Origin: Actinomycetes bacterium
GTDB taxonomy: Bacteria; Auribacterota; JAJCYG01
Assembly (NCBI GenBank): GCA_029263055.1
Contig: JAJCYG010000065.1
Coordinates: forward strand, 11,458 to 75,457
DNA length: 64,000 bases
Reading direction: 5' to 3'
Shown: piece by piece, positions 37,368-47,632 of the stretch
How the letters are laid out: each line of letters starts with the position of its first letter
Position numbering within the stretch: position 1 is the stretch's first letter
Position numbers and translations under genes: made by a program
The notes under the pieces: model-generated
Databases searched by the model: none
What the model saw: the letters and a program-made list of their open reading frames with translations, nothing else
What the model was told of the DNA's origin: nothing

Positions 37368-38183
37368 TTATTTCACTCTTACGCCGCGAATACCAATGCC
37401 GAATTGGTTTGAGCCTCTTAGTACGGTTCCGTTATCATACAGTCTTAGAGTATCGACCCAAATCTTGCCGCGCCAATTAACTGTAAAAACATCTCCATCG
37501 ACTGTCCAAGAAGCGGCAATTTTACCATTTCTTCTGTAAACATTGCCGTCACTTCTAAAGGTGACTCTTTTTCCGGAAAACCAATTCCATGTTCCTAAAA
37601 CACGTTCTGAAGATGGGGATGGGAGTGGTTCTACTACAATAATAGATCTGATTTCTTGGCCTGAAAGAATGAGAGCAAGTTCATCGATTCTAGTAGGAAT
37701 TTCAGAAACATCTTCAGCCTTAACATCTGCTGCTTTTAAGATGGTTCCGGTTTGGGTATCGATTAATCGGGCTGTGACTGAAATGATTCGGCCCCATTTC
37801 AACACGCTGCCTGTGACAATTGCTTCAACGCCGTAAAGTTCACCTGCTTTTGCGGCAATGGTTTGTTCATCAACCATTCCGCTAGACTGAAACATTTGTT
37901 CTTCTATTACTTTAGCTAAAAGGACTCTTTCTCTAAGCTCAAAGTGCCCGGTTTTGGCTAAGGCGCTGATCATCCATTCCGCTGTAATCGCTCCAGCATC
38001 TTGAATACCAAGGTCGCCTTTGACTTCAAACTCAATCACAGCCGCACTTATTTGGGAAAAAGAATCAGTCTCCAAAGCAAAAGTACTTTTAGATTGAAAG
38101 AAGACAATACCGACTAAAATGAATAGCCCTAAGATAAGTCTGAATTTATTGATCAATAGAATCCCTTTGAATAATTCCAGCAA
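37368..38183 (-). CDS. Exported protein, hypothetical (N-terminal domain weakly CsgG/LpoB-like)
   Basis: It has a signal or TM segment. The pattern VIEFEVKGD...ERVLLAKVIEEQ...GMVDEQT...GVEAIVTGSV resembles a periplasmic lipoprotein fold. This call is weak. Confidence 0.3.
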   Translation of the reverse strand: MLELFKGILLINKFRLILGLFILVGIVFFQSKSTFALETDSFSQISAAVIEFEVKGDLGIQDAGAITAEWMISALAKTGHFELRERVLLAKVIEEQMFQSSGMVDEQTIAAKAGELYGVEAIVTGSVLKWGRIISVTARLIDTQTGTILKAADVKAEDVSEIPTRIDELALILSGQEIRSIIVVEPLPSPSSERVLGTWNWFSGKRVTFRSDGNVYRRNGKIAASWTVDGDVFTVNWRGKIWVDTLRLYDNGTVLRGSNQFGIGIRGVRVK

Positions 38184-38455
38184 TTATCTCATTAAAGATG
38201 TGGGGTGTCTATCATTCTAGGGTAAATGGTCGGTTATCAGATGATTATCCTTTTTTTAGTTGGAACAGGGTTAGGAATCTCCTGAGTAGAATATTAGCTA
38301 CGTTTAATAAATAAGGATAAATGTTCTTTGTGATCGATCTTGATTTCTGTACTATTGCTTCTCTGCCAATGTCTTAGATAAAGATTATTCCCTTGACTTT
38401 TAAGGGCACTTTTTAGTATCTTTAAAAATCACAAAATTCCTATATAGCGATACTT

Positions 38456-39754
38456 ATGAATAATACTGAAGAAATTCAAGTGGTTCCTGAGCAGGGAACG
38501 GCGCAAAAAAAGTGTATCAAGAAGAGCTTGATGGAGCATGCTGGCTTGCTTCTTGTGGCTACTTTGGTTGCAGGCGTGGCCAATTATCTGTTTCATATTT
38601 TGATGTCTCGTTCTTTGGGGACTCAAAATTATGGTGTCTTATCCTCATTAATCTCTCTTTTTATGATCTTTGCTTTTCCTTTAAGCACAGTTCAAATGGT
38701 GTTGACCAAGTATGTGGCGATCTACAAAGGGCAAAACAATGAAAAGCAAATTCGTTATCTTTTTTCTGATTTCTTTAAAAAGCTAGCGATTGCTGGAGTT
38801 GTGTTGCTTGGGCTGATGATTTTATTTAGTGGTGGGATTGCTAACTATTTACAAATCCCTTTAAAAGAGCCTGTTATTTTATTAGGTGTTTTTGCTTTCT
38901 TTTCATTTTTAATGCCATTGATGTTGGGCATGCTGCAAGGGTTGGAACACTTTTTCTATTTGAGTTTGAATAGTGCGATGGCTTCTGTTTCAAAATTAGT
39001 GTTGGCTCTGTTGTTTGTTTACATGGGCTTTCAAGTGAATGGGGCGTTGTTTGCGTGTGTGTTGTCTGTGGGAGTGACCTTCCTTTTAGCCTGGTTGCCA
39101 CTTCGAAAGTTTTTAACCATGCATACCGCAGAAAAGAATCAATCCCGTCGAGAAGTCTATCAATTTTTTATTCCTGTTTTTGCTGCTCTTTGTTGTTTTG
39201 GGTTGCTTGCGTATCAAGACATTGTGCTGGTGAAGCATTGGTTTAGTCCGTTACAAGCTGGGGCTTATGCCACAGCCGCTCTTTTAGGCAAAGCCTTTCT
39301 TTTTCCTGCTCAATCTTTAGCCATGGCTATGTTTCCAAAAGTGTCTCAAGCTCATTCTAAAGGCGAAGAGACGGTGGGTCTTTTAAAGCACACGCTGCTT
39401 TTAACCGCAGGTGTTTTGGGAGCGGGATTAATAGTAATGTTTACCTTTTCAGACCTTTTGACGAGCCTCTTGCTGAAAAAGGGGAGTTATACAGTAGAGA
39501 CCTATGATTTGGTGTTTAAACTGATTCGCTATTATGGCTTTGCGTTTGTGCCCGTCTCATTAGTTTACATTTTAACGTTCTATTATTTAGGGTGCCATAA
39601 GAAGCGCTTCGTGCTCGTCTTAGCAGGGGTGACTGTGTTATTCTTAGGGGTTACTCATTTCTATCATCCTACGATGTGGTCTGTGCTCATTACAATGGGA
39701 GCCTGTGGGGTGTTAGCTTCAATCTTATTGTTAATAGGAAGTTTGAAAAAATAA
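38456..39754 (+). CDS. Polysaccharide biosynthesis/oligosaccharide flippase family protein (Wzx/MOP-like)
   Basis: It is 432 aa with 12-14 predicted TM helices and sits in a glycan-locus context. Confidence 0.55.
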   Translation: MNNTEEIQVVPEQGTAQKKCIKKSLMEHAGLLLVATLVAGVANYLFHILMSRSLGTQNYGVLSSLISLFMIFAFPLSTVQMVLTKYVAIYKGQNNEKQIRYLFSDFFKKLAIAGVVLLGLMILFSGGIANYLQIPLKEPVILLGVFAFFSFLMPLMLGMLQGLEHFFYLSLNSAMASVSKLVLALLFVYMGFQVNGALFACVLSVGVTFLLAWLPLRKFLTMHTAEKNQSRREVYQFFIPVFAALCCFGLLAYQDIVLVKHWFSPLQAGAYATAALLGKAFLFPAQSLAMAMFPKVSQAHSKGEETVGLLKHTLLLTAGVLGAGLIVMFTFSDLLTSLLLKKGSYTVETYDLVFKLIRYYGFAFVPVSLVYILTFYYLGCHKKRFVLVLAGVTVLFLGVTHFYHPTMWSVLITMGACGVLASILLLIGSLKK

Positions 39755-40599
39755 TGAAAGAATTTAAAGGTAGAATTTCAGTGATTATGCCCGCTCATAA
39801 TGAAGGGCATCATATTTATGAGAACATTCGCGAAACACAACATGTGTTTGAAGAAGCAGAATGTGATTATGAAATCATTGTGGTTAATGATGGAAGTGGG
39901 GATGATACCGGTAAAGAATCAAAGCGGGCGTCTCTAGGTTTTGACAATATAAAAGTAGTGGATCGAGATCGTAACAGTGGTAAAGGAAACGCGCTTCGCC
40001 GAGGTTTTTATCATGCTACTGGAGATGTGGTGGTGTTGTTAGATGCTGATTTGGACTTGCATCCAAACCAGTTGCACACTCTCTTTACCATTATGAAAAT
40101 GGAAGAAGCTGATGTGGTGGTCGGGTCTAAGCGTCATCCTGATTCAAAGCTTGATTATCCTACCCGTAGAAAATTTGTGAGTAAGATTTATTATTTTATT
40201 TTGTGGACCCTTTTTGGATTGCCATTAAATGACACGCAAACCGGTTTGAAATTGTATAAACATGAAGTGCTACGCAAAGTAATGAAACGTGTGTTGTGTA
40301 AGCGGTATGCGTTTGATGTTGAGATTCTTGCCAATGTGCATCACTTAGGTTATAAGATTGTCGAAGCACCGATTGTGTTGACTTACCGTCGAACAGTGAA
40401 GTGGGGACGGATCACATCGCAAGATTTGTGGCACACAGGTTTAGATACATTGGCGATTTGGTACCGCATGTTTATTGTGAAAACCTATGATTTAGAAAAA
40501 CGAGAGATCAAAAAAAAAGTCTTTCAAGAAAAAAACGCAAAAGACACAAAAAACACAAAAAGCGTAAAAGTCATTAATGAGGTAACAGAAAAAGTATGA
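39754..40599 (+). CDS. Glycosyltransferase family 2 (polyprenyl-phosphate sugar transferase-like, ArnC/DPM1-like)
   Basis: ISVIMPAHNE, VVNDGSGDDT and the DAD motif VVLLDADLD are present. The start was moved to the ATG at 39754. Confidence 0.8.
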   Translation: MKEFKGRISVIMPAHNEGHHIYENIRETQHVFEEAECDYEIIVVNDGSGDDTGKESKRASLGFDNIKVVDRDRNSGKGNALRRGFYHATGDVVVLLDADLDLHPNQLHTLFTIMKMEEADVVVGSKRHPDSKLDYPTRRKFVSKIYYFILWTLFGLPLNDTQTGLKLYKHEVLRKVMKRVLCKRYAFDVEILANVHHLGYKIVEAPIVLTYRRTVKWGRITSQDLWHTGLDTLAIWYRMFIVKTYDLEKREIKKKVFQEKNAKDTKNTKSVKVINEVTEKV

Positions 40600-41591
40600 A
40601 CACTCCGTTTGTTTCTATTATCATTCCTTATCCAAAAGACAATCCCTTTTTACAAGAGTGTATGGAACACTGTTTGAAAATTGATTATCCTGCATATGAA
40701 ATTATTCTTTTGCCTGATGGCGAAGAAACACATGATTGGGCTCACACTCAAATTATTCCAACCGGTAAAATTGGCCCTTCTGAAAAAAGAGATATTGGTT
40801 TGAATAATGCCAAAGGAGAGATTGTTGCTTTTTTAGATGATGACACTTTTCCTGTTAAAGATTGGTTAAAGAATGCGGTGCGACATTTTGAAAATGACGA
40901 AATCGCAGCAGTAGGGGGTCCCGCAGCGACTCCGGCAAATGATGGACCGTTGCAACAAGTGAGTGGGGCGATTTATGAATCTCCGCTTGTGAGTGGAAAA
41001 TATGTGTACCGTTATTTACCAAAAACAAAACAGTATGTTGATGATTACCCTTCTTGTAATTTGATTGTGCGCAAATCAATTATGGAAGAGATTGGTGGAT
41101 ACAATAGTTTTTATTATCCAGGCGAAGATACCGTCATCTGTTTGAAGATCACTAAAGAACTGAATAAGAAAATTATTTATGATCCTGAAGCATTGGTGTA
41201 TCACCACCGTCGTAATGTTTACCGTGCTCATCTTAAGCAGATTAAAAATTATGCGTTGCACCGTGGTTATTTTGTGAAGAAATTTCCTGAAACATCTCTC
41301 AAACCAGCTTACTTTGTGCCGTCTGCTTTTACATTGGGAGTGGTGCTAGGGCCGTTAGTTGGAGTCTTTTCTTCATTTTTAATGTCTGTATATGTCTTGG
41401 TGTTAACAGGTTACTTAATTTCTGTTTTTTATAGCTCTTTTAACCATAAAAGTGCTAAACTATTTCAACATCTCTTCCTTGGGATTATCGTCACCCACTT
41501 AACCTATGGCTATTGGTTTTTGGTAGGGCTTTGTTCTAAGAAGATGAGAGAAGAGAAGGCTGCTTTAAACGAACAAGCAGCAACATCTTAA
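40596..41591 (+). CDS. Glycosyltransferase family 2 with C-terminal TM helices
   Basis: VSIIIPY near the N-terminus and the motif FLDDDTFP identify it. A hydrophobic C-terminal region follows. Confidence 0.75.
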   Translation: MNTPFVSIIIPYPKDNPFLQECMEHCLKIDYPAYEIILLPDGEETHDWAHTQIIPTGKIGPSEKRDIGLNNAKGEIVAFLDDDTFPVKDWLKNAVRHFENDEIAAVGGPAATPANDGPLQQVSGAIYESPLVSGKYVYRYLPKTKQYVDDYPSCNLIVRKSIMEEIGGYNSFYYPGEDTVICLKITKELNKKIIYDPEALVYHHRRNVYRAHLKQIKNYALHRGYFVKKFPETSLKPAYFVPSAFTLGVVLGPLVGVFSSFLMSVYVLVLTGYLISVFYSSFNHKSAKLFQHLFLGIIVTHLTYGYWFLVGLCSKKMREEKAALNEQAATS

Positions 41592-41620
41592 ATAAACTAT
41601 TTTCAGGAGGAATTTCTAAT

Positions 41621-43150
41621 ATGAAGGTGATGATTGCTTATCCCCCAATCGAGACAGATAAAGGGGTCCCACTTTTGGCGCAAAATCGTCAGTTTCAATT
41701 TTTTAACAATCCAACTTATATTTATCCTGTGATTCCTGCTTATGCAGCGACGTTATTGAAATCTAAAGGATACAATGTAATCTGGAGTGATGGAATTTCT
41801 GAAGGATGGACTGAAGAACAATTTAGAAACCACTACCTTGAAGAAAAGCCTGATGTCATTGCTATTGAATCCAAAACACCTACCATTAAAGCGTACTGGA
41901 CACGCATCAATCGTTTAAAAGAATTATTACCAGAAACTGAAATTGTTCTTTACGGTGACCATGTCACAGCCATGCCTGATGAGTCGATGGAAAATTGTAA
42001 CACCGACTATGTGATGACCGGTGGAGATTATGACTTCCTGCTTTTAAATATTTGTAACCACATTAAAACCAAACGCCAATTAGAAAATAATGAGATCACA
42101 GCGGATAAAGTTGAACCATTAGAACCCGGTGTTTGGTCACGTGTTGACGGTAAAATTGTCAACACAGGTAAATTTGTTCAAAACCACAATGTGCATGATC
42201 TTCCTTTAATTGATCGTGATTTAACAAAGTGGAATCTTTACAGTGAAAAGAACGGAAACTACAAAGCGCTTCCAGGAACTTACACCATGGTAGGACGTGA
42301 CTGTTGGTGGCATAAATGTACGTTTTGTTCTTGGACAACAACCTATCCTAAATTTCAAACACGTAAACCTGAAAGTTTGTTAGACGAAGTTGGAATGTTA
42401 ATTGAAAAATATGGCATCCGCGAAATCTTTGATGACACAGGAACATTTCCTGCAGGGGGTTGGTTGAAAAACTTTTGTAATGGAATGATTGAGCGTGGGT
42501 ATAACAAAAAATTATACTTTGGTTGTAACATGCGTTTTGGTGCCGTGGATTACAGCATGTACAAGCTCATGAAGAAAGCAAACTTCCGTTTTATTTTATT
42601 TGGATTGGAATCAGGGAACCAAAAGTCTCAAGATTTGCTTCAGAAGGGGAACACCCGAGAAGAGATTATTAAATCTTGTAGTGAAGCCGCTAAAGCTGGT
42701 TTAGATCCACATATCACAATTATGTTCGGGTATCCGTGGGAAACTTATGAAGATGCGATGGAGACGGTGAAGTTGGGTAAATATCTTCTTCGTAAAGGTT
42801 ATGCTAAAACCATGCAGGCCACAATTGTGATTCCTTATCCAGGCACACCCTTGTTTGACCAATGTAAAGAAAATGATTGGTTGAAAACATATGATTGGGA
42901 TGAGTTTGATATGCGGGGTGCGGTCATGAAAGTTCCTATGGGTGAAGAGCAGTTGCAAAAAGCTGTGCAACAACTTTACAAAGTGGCTTTTAACCCTGAG
43001 TTTATTGCCCGTCGTCTACTTGCTATCCGGGGTGCGGATGATCTTCAATTTATTGCCCGTGGTGTTAAATATATCTGGGGTCACTTAGCTGACTTTAGTC
43101 CTAGCGGTAATAAAAAAATCAAAGAAAAACAAGCTGCCGCTTCTATCTAA
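41621..43150 (+). CDS. B12-binding domain / radical SAM domain protein (class B-like)
   Basis: The N-terminal region resembles a cobalamin-binding Rossmann domain. The cysteine cluster is GRDCWWHKCTFCS, with Cx4Cx2C spacing. Confidence 0.6.
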   Translation: MKVMIAYPPIETDKGVPLLAQNRQFQFFNNPTYIYPVIPAYAATLLKSKGYNVIWSDGISEGWTEEQFRNHYLEEKPDVIAIESKTPTIKAYWTRINRLKELLPETEIVLYGDHVTAMPDESMENCNTDYVMTGGDYDFLLLNICNHIKTKRQLENNEITADKVEPLEPGVWSRVDGKIVNTGKFVQNHNVHDLPLIDRDLTKWNLYSEKNGNYKALPGTYTMVGRDCWWHKCTFCSWTTTYPKFQTRKPESLLDEVGMLIEKYGIREIFDDTGTFPAGGWLKNFCNGMIERGYNKKLYFGCNMRFGAVDYSMYKLMKKANFRFILFGLESGNQKSQDLLQKGNTREEIIKSCSEAAKAGLDPHITIMFGYPWETYEDAMETVKLGKYLLRKGYAKTMQATIVIPYPGTPLFDQCKENDWLKTYDWDEFDMRGAVMKVPMGEEQLQKAVQQLYKVAFNPEFIARRLLAIRGADDLQFIARGVKYIWGHLADFSPSGNKKIKEKQAAASI

Positions 43151-43163
43151 TCAGGAAATCTTC

Positions 43164-44702
43164 ATGGTCCTTTTGGTTGGAATTCTTACTGCCTTTGCCG
43201 GCTTTATTTTAGAGAGTTGGCCTCGTTGGTCTGTCCGTTATTTCGGGATTGATACGTGGCGCCATTTAATGGTGGCAGACATTGTGCGTCGTGAAAAACG
43301 TTGGCCTAAAGCGATTCCTGAAAAATATCTTTTACCTGAAGAGTCTGACTATCCGCCACTCTTTCGTCTGTTTCTTGCTTTCTTTCCTAAAAAGTTTTTA
43401 GAAGAGAAGCAGGGGTTTATCAGCCCTATCTTTGATGCGATCCATTCTCTCTTTTTATATTTCATTGTTTATTCACTAACAAAAAATGTGGCCATTGCGT
43501 TTATGGCGCAAGTGGCTTATGTGGCCAATCCTTTAGTGGTGATGGAAAACTCTAATCTCACAACCCGTCCCGTTGCTTCCATGCTCTTTAGTTTTGCTTT
43601 TGTGGCACTCCTTTATTACACCTCGTTTGGCGGCACAACCATGCTTGTCCTTTCAGTGGTGCTTTTAACTGCTTTGATTTTAACGCATCGATTTGCGTTG
43701 CAAGCCTTGCTTGCTTTAACACTCTCTTTTGCCATTTTTCAACAGAGTTGGATTTATATTGCTGTTTTAGTCGGTTCGATTTTATTGGCAGGGGCCGTGA
43801 CCAAAGGGTTTTATTTTAAAGTGTTGTGGGGGCATATCCAGATGTTGAATTGGTGGCGTCTGAATATTCATAACCGTTATGCGCATCAAGTGCGTGGTTT
43901 GCCTAAAAAAGGGGAGAAGAGTCCTGACATTGTGTTTCGCCTTTATCAGTTTGTGTTTAAGTTGCCACCGATTGCCGTGATTGCGGCAATTCCATGTGTG
44001 GTGATTGCGATCTTAACGGTTGTCTGGTATTTCTTTGGCTGGGTGATTGCTGATTTTTCTCGTTTGGGTGTTCCCTCTCAATTGTTTGAGAGTTTGGGTT
44101 TGTGGGTTCTCACGTTGTTTGTCGTAGGTGTTTTTATCCGCTCGTTTAAATTTGTGGAGTGGGCTGGAGAAGGGGAACGCTACATGGAGTTTGGCGCGTT
44201 TCCAACAGCCATTCTAACCTCGCTCTTTGTTTGGAATGTTTACCGCTCTTGGCCTTCAGCCTGGGTCTTTGTTTTGTTTGGTCTGTTTCTTTTAGTGGGT
44301 GGTTTGTTGCCTGCTCTCTTTTTGCAAAAAAAGGTGATCATTGATTCAAAAGACCGTTCCCTTGGCAAAGACATGTTTAATTGTTTTGACCATATTAATA
44401 AACTTCCTAAGGGGAGTGTGAAAATGGCCACTATTCCTTTGGGTTTAGCTGATTCAACCATGTACTTTACCCATGCCACGGTTTTTTCAACAGACAGTTC
44501 ATTAGCTCATTACAATCACTATTCTGATTTTTTTCCTGTCATACAAAAACCATTAAATGAAATTTTTAGTCGCTATGATGTGAACACACTTTTCTTAAAT
44601 GAAAACTATGCCCGCGTCGAGGAATTGCCGTTAAAGGGGTATGAAGAAATCTTTCAATCAGGACCGTATAAAATATTTAAAATCAACCAAAACGGGAACT
44701 AA
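43164..44702 (+). CDS. Polytopic membrane protein, hypothetical (possible GT-C-like)
   Basis: It has ~10 TM segments and no confident family. Confidence 0.35.
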   Translation: MVLLVGILTAFAGFILESWPRWSVRYFGIDTWRHLMVADIVRREKRWPKAIPEKYLLPEESDYPPLFRLFLAFFPKKFLEEKQGFISPIFDAIHSLFLYFIVYSLTKNVAIAFMAQVAYVANPLVVMENSNLTTRPVASMLFSFAFVALLYYTSFGGTTMLVLSVVLLTALILTHRFALQALLALTLSFAIFQQSWIYIAVLVGSILLAGAVTKGFYFKVLWGHIQMLNWWRLNIHNRYAHQVRGLPKKGEKSPDIVFRLYQFVFKLPPIAVIAAIPCVVIAILTVVWYFFGWVIADFSRLGVPSQLFESLGLWVLTLFVVGVFIRSFKFVEWAGEGERYMEFGAFPTAILTSLFVWNVYRSWPSAWVFVLFGLFLLVGGLLPALFLQKKVIIDSKDRSLGKDMFNCFDHINKLPKGSVKMATIPLGLADSTMYFTHATVFSTDSSLAHYNHYSDFFPVIQKPLNEIFSRYDVNTLFLNENYARVEELPLKGYEEIFQSGPYKIFKINQNGN

Positions 44703-44703
44703 T

Positions 44704-45579
44704 ATGGATACGGTTCGTTATTTGATGCTTTCGTTGCGCCCTAAGCAATGGACAAAAAACTTAATCTTATTTGCAGGCCTTCTTTTTTCTCAAAACTTTT
44801 TAAATAAGGCTCTTTTTTTAGAGACGCTGTTTGCCTTTTTTATCTTTTGTTTTTTATCAGGTGCTGTTTATTTAGTGAATGATCTGGTGGATGCACAAAA
44901 AGATCGCAAGCATCCTGAAAAGAAAAAACGTCCGATTGCGGCTAAAAAATTATCGCAATCAACAGCTTTAATCGCGGCTATTGTGATTCCTCTTAGTTGC
45001 ATGGTGCTTGCTTTGCAGCTGAACTTTTCTTTCTTTTTAGTTGCCGCCATCTACTATATTTTAATGCTTGCTTATTCGTTTGCTCTAAAAAAGATGGTGA
45101 TCTTAGATGTGATGACTATTGCCTTTGGGTTTGTGTTGCGGGCTTTAGCAGGGGCTTTGGCGATTCAAGTGGATGTCTCTTCTTGGTTTTTGATCTGTAC
45201 GATCTTATTAGCTCTTTTTCTGGGTCTGGCCAAACGTCGTCATGAGCTTCGTTTGCTTGAGGGAAAGGCAGCTGCCCATCGGGAATCGCTCTCATCTTAT
45301 TCGCCCCAGCTCTTAGATCAGTTGATTGCTGCAGTGACCTCTTCAACCATTTTAGCCTATGCGCTTTACACAATGGGTGAGGAAACAGTGGCAAAATTCG
45401 GAACAGAAAATTTGATATATACCTTACCCTTTGTGATTTACGGTATTTTCCGCTATCTTTACTTGATGTATGTCAAAGAGCATGGGGGCTCTCCTGAAAA
45501 AGTGCTTTTAACGGATAAACCAATGATTGCCAATATCCTTTTGTACCTTGCCGCAGCAGGGGTAATTTTATACTCATAA
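44704..45579 (+). CDS. UbiA-family prenyltransferase. It is homologous to decaprenyl-phosphate phosphoribosyltransferase (the DPPR synthase of the decaprenylphosphoryl-arabinose pathway).
   Basis: The N-terminal LRPKQWTKN motif and YLVNDLVDAQKDRKHPEKKKRPIAA match the RPxQWxKN and YLxNDxxDxxxDRxHPxKxxRPIAAG signatures recalled for Rv3806c-type enzymes. The start was moved to the ATG at 44704. Confidence 0.7.
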   Translation: MDTVRYLMLSLRPKQWTKNLILFAGLLFSQNFLNKALFLETLFAFFIFCFLSGAVYLVNDLVDAQKDRKHPEKKKRPIAAKKLSQSTALIAAIVIPLSCMVLALQLNFSFFLVAAIYYILMLAYSFALKKMVILDVMTIAFGFVLRALAGALAIQVDVSSWFLICTILLALFLGLAKRRHELRLLEGKAAAHRESLSSYSPQLLDQLIAAVTSSTILAYALYTMGEETVAKFGTENLIYTLPFVIYGIFRYLYLMYVKEHGGSPEKVLLTDKPMIANILLYLAAAGVILYS

Positions 45580-45600
45580 TGGAACAATTTTGCTATGATA

Positions 45601-45637
45601 TCTGCCTTCTGACTAGAAGAGTGGCAGACTTTTTTTA
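45601..45637 (+). terminator. Rho-independent terminator after the UbiA-family gene
   Basis: The hairpin TCTGCCTTCT...AGAAGAGTGGCAGA has a bulged stem and is followed by TTTTTTT (45631-45637). Confidence 0.65.
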
Positions 45638-45665
45638 GATAAACGTGAATTAAGGGATTTAAAAC

Positions 45666-46643
45666 ATGAATATTATTGTTACAGGTGGTGCAGGTTTCTT
45701 AGGGTCACATATTTGTGAAAAATTGTTAGATCGAGGGCATCATGTCACTGTGGTTGATATGGCGGATGGCTCCAAAATTGAACATTTGTTGGAAAACCCA
45801 CAATTTGTTTTTCATCAAGATTCTATTTTAAACAACGATCTATGGACTCGAGACATCAATCTAGAAAACATTGATATGATCTTTCACTTTGCTGCTATTG
45901 CAGATCCAAAGCGATATGTGTTTGATCCTTTAACCACATTAGAAATTGATCTTCAAGGGAGCTTAAATGTTTTTAAAGCAGCTGCCCGTCATAAAATTAA
46001 AGTCACTTTTGCTTCAACTTCTGAAATCTATGGAAAGAATCCAAACGTTCCTTGGAAAGAAGATGATGATCGTTTGCTCGGTTCCACACAAATCAATCGT
46101 TGGTGTTACTCTACAGCCAAAGCTGCTGGAGAACATTACCTTCAAGCGTACAATCAAAAAGAGGGTGTTCCCTTTGTGATCTACCGTTTTTTCAATGTGT
46201 ATGGTCCTCGCTTAGATGATTTGGGAAGTGGTCGCGTGATCCCAATCTTTTTAGAGCAGTTCTTAAAAGGGGATCCCATTACGATCCATGGGGATGGAGA
46301 GCAGACTCGAAGTTATGCGTATGTGGATGATGTTGTGGATGGGGTTGTGGAGTGTGGTTTAAACCCTAAAGCCGAAAACCAAATTTTTAATATTGGTAAT
46401 AGCCGTGAAACAAGTGTGAAAGAATTAGCTCAGCTTCTTAAAGAAGCGGGTGGTTTTGATTCAGAGATTACATTTGTGCCGCATAAAGAAGTTTTTGGAG
46501 ACAAATACGAAGATATTCCGCGTCGCGTTCCTGATGTCTCTAAAATCAAACAAGTTGTGGGATGGGAAGACAAGACACCTCTAGAAGAGGGCTTGAAAAA
46601 AACGATCGAGTATTATCAACAACGATCACTTGTCAAAGGATAA
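45666..46643 (+). CDS. NAD-dependent epimerase/dehydratase (extended SDR), UDP-glucuronate decarboxylase / ArnA C-terminal domain-like
   Basis: TGGAGFLGSH, the YxxxK region and the GDGEQTRSYAYVDDVVDG motif are typical of the UXS/ArnA-C family. Confidence 0.75.
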   Translation: MNIIVTGGAGFLGSHICEKLLDRGHHVTVVDMADGSKIEHLLENPQFVFHQDSILNNDLWTRDINLENIDMIFHFAAIADPKRYVFDPLTTLEIDLQGSLNVFKAAARHKIKVTFASTSEIYGKNPNVPWKEDDDRLLGSTQINRWCYSTAKAAGEHYLQAYNQKEGVPFVIYRFFNVYGPRLDDLGSGRVIPIFLEQFLKGDPITIHGDGEQTRSYAYVDDVVDGVVECGLNPKAENQIFNIGNSRETSVKELAQLLKEAGGFDSEITFVPHKEVFGDKYEDIPRRVPDVSKIKQVVGWEDKTPLEEGLKKTIEYYQQRSLVKG

Positions 46644-47622
46644 GCCGTTGTGTCCTCAAACACTATCTCAACTGAATAGTTTAGTTGAAAAGAGTGGTTT
46701 TAATCCTTACCTAGGTGGTCCGGTTCCTTTGAACGCGGACTCAATCCAGCTTTTTGTCCAACAAATCGAATCCCAAAAAGACCAAGAAGGAAATGCTCTC
46801 TTTGTTGAAGAAGAAAAGGGTGTTCTTGTAGGAGCGCTTCTTGTTGAATCGCTTGTCTTTGATTCTGAGTTGTATGGTTTTCCTATGGCTCGCATTAATT
46901 TTCTTTTAGCTGAGGGTGAGTACGAGCAAGAAAAAGAAATTAAGAATCGATTGTTGCAACGTTGTTTTCAGTGGTGTCGTGAAAATGGGATCAAGCATTT
47001 GAGCGCATGCGCTTTGCCTGATGAGATGTCTAAAATTCATGCGTTAGAAGAACATGACTTTTATATGGTGGCCGGGCTATCTACTTTTCTTATTGATCTG
47101 AAAAAATATTCTAATCCATCTAAAGAAAACTCTGTGTTGATTCGTCCTTTTCAAAAGAGTGATTTAGATCCTTTAAGCGAGTTGTCCCGTGTCTCATTTG
47201 GTAATCCTAAAGATTGGTTAGATAAAGCGCATGCCGATCCAAATTTGCCTAAAGATAAAAGTGATGAACTCTATGTGCGTTGGTTTCAAAATTGTTGTAA
47301 TGGCACCCAAGCGCATCAAGTCTTAGTGGCTGATGTAGAGGGCAAGCCTGCAGGTTATATTGCGCTTAAGTTAGAAGAGGGATTGACTCAAGCATGTGGA
47401 GCTCGAGCAGGAAATGTGCCGCTTAATGCTGTGAGCCCTGAGTATAGAAAGATGGGAATTTACTCTAGTTTAGTGCGTGCAGGTTTGGACTGGTACAGCG
47501 GCCAAGTTGATTGGGTGTCGATTAAAACTCAAGTGACTACTTTGGCTGTTCATCGTACTTGGTTAAAGTTAGGTGCGCACATGTCTTCAGTTGAATATGC
47601 TTTCCACAGGTTTTTTAAATAG
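46630..47622 (+). CDS. Hypothetical protein, possibly GNAT-like N-acetyltransferase
   Basis: The C-terminal RKMGIYSSLV region resembles GNAT motif A. The call is weak. Confidence 0.3.
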   Translation: MSKDKPLCPQTLSQLNSLVEKSGFNPYLGGPVPLNADSIQLFVQQIESQKDQEGNALFVEEEKGVLVGALLVESLVFDSELYGFPMARINFLLAEGEYEQEKEIKNRLLQRCFQWCRENGIKHLSACALPDEMSKIHALEEHDFYMVAGLSTFLIDLKKYSNPSKENSVLIRPFQKSDLDPLSELSRVSFGNPKDWLDKAHADPNLPKDKSDELYVRWFQNCCNGTQAHQVLVADVEGKPAGYIALKLEEGLTQACGARAGNVPLNAVSPEYRKMGIYSSLVRAGLDWYSGQVDWVSIKTQVTTLAVHRTWLKLGAHMSSVEYAFHRFFK

Positions 47623-47632
47623 AGGTCTTAAG

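Noticed and set aside
39676-39753. Upstream in-frame extensions of several ORFs as given in the track (39676, 50652, 47573, 44641, 1186, 10444, 15517 and 6486)
   Set aside because: The extended N-termini overlap the preceding gene or lack RBS context. Internal ATGs with Shine-Dalgarno sequences, which begin at conserved family N-termini, were preferred.
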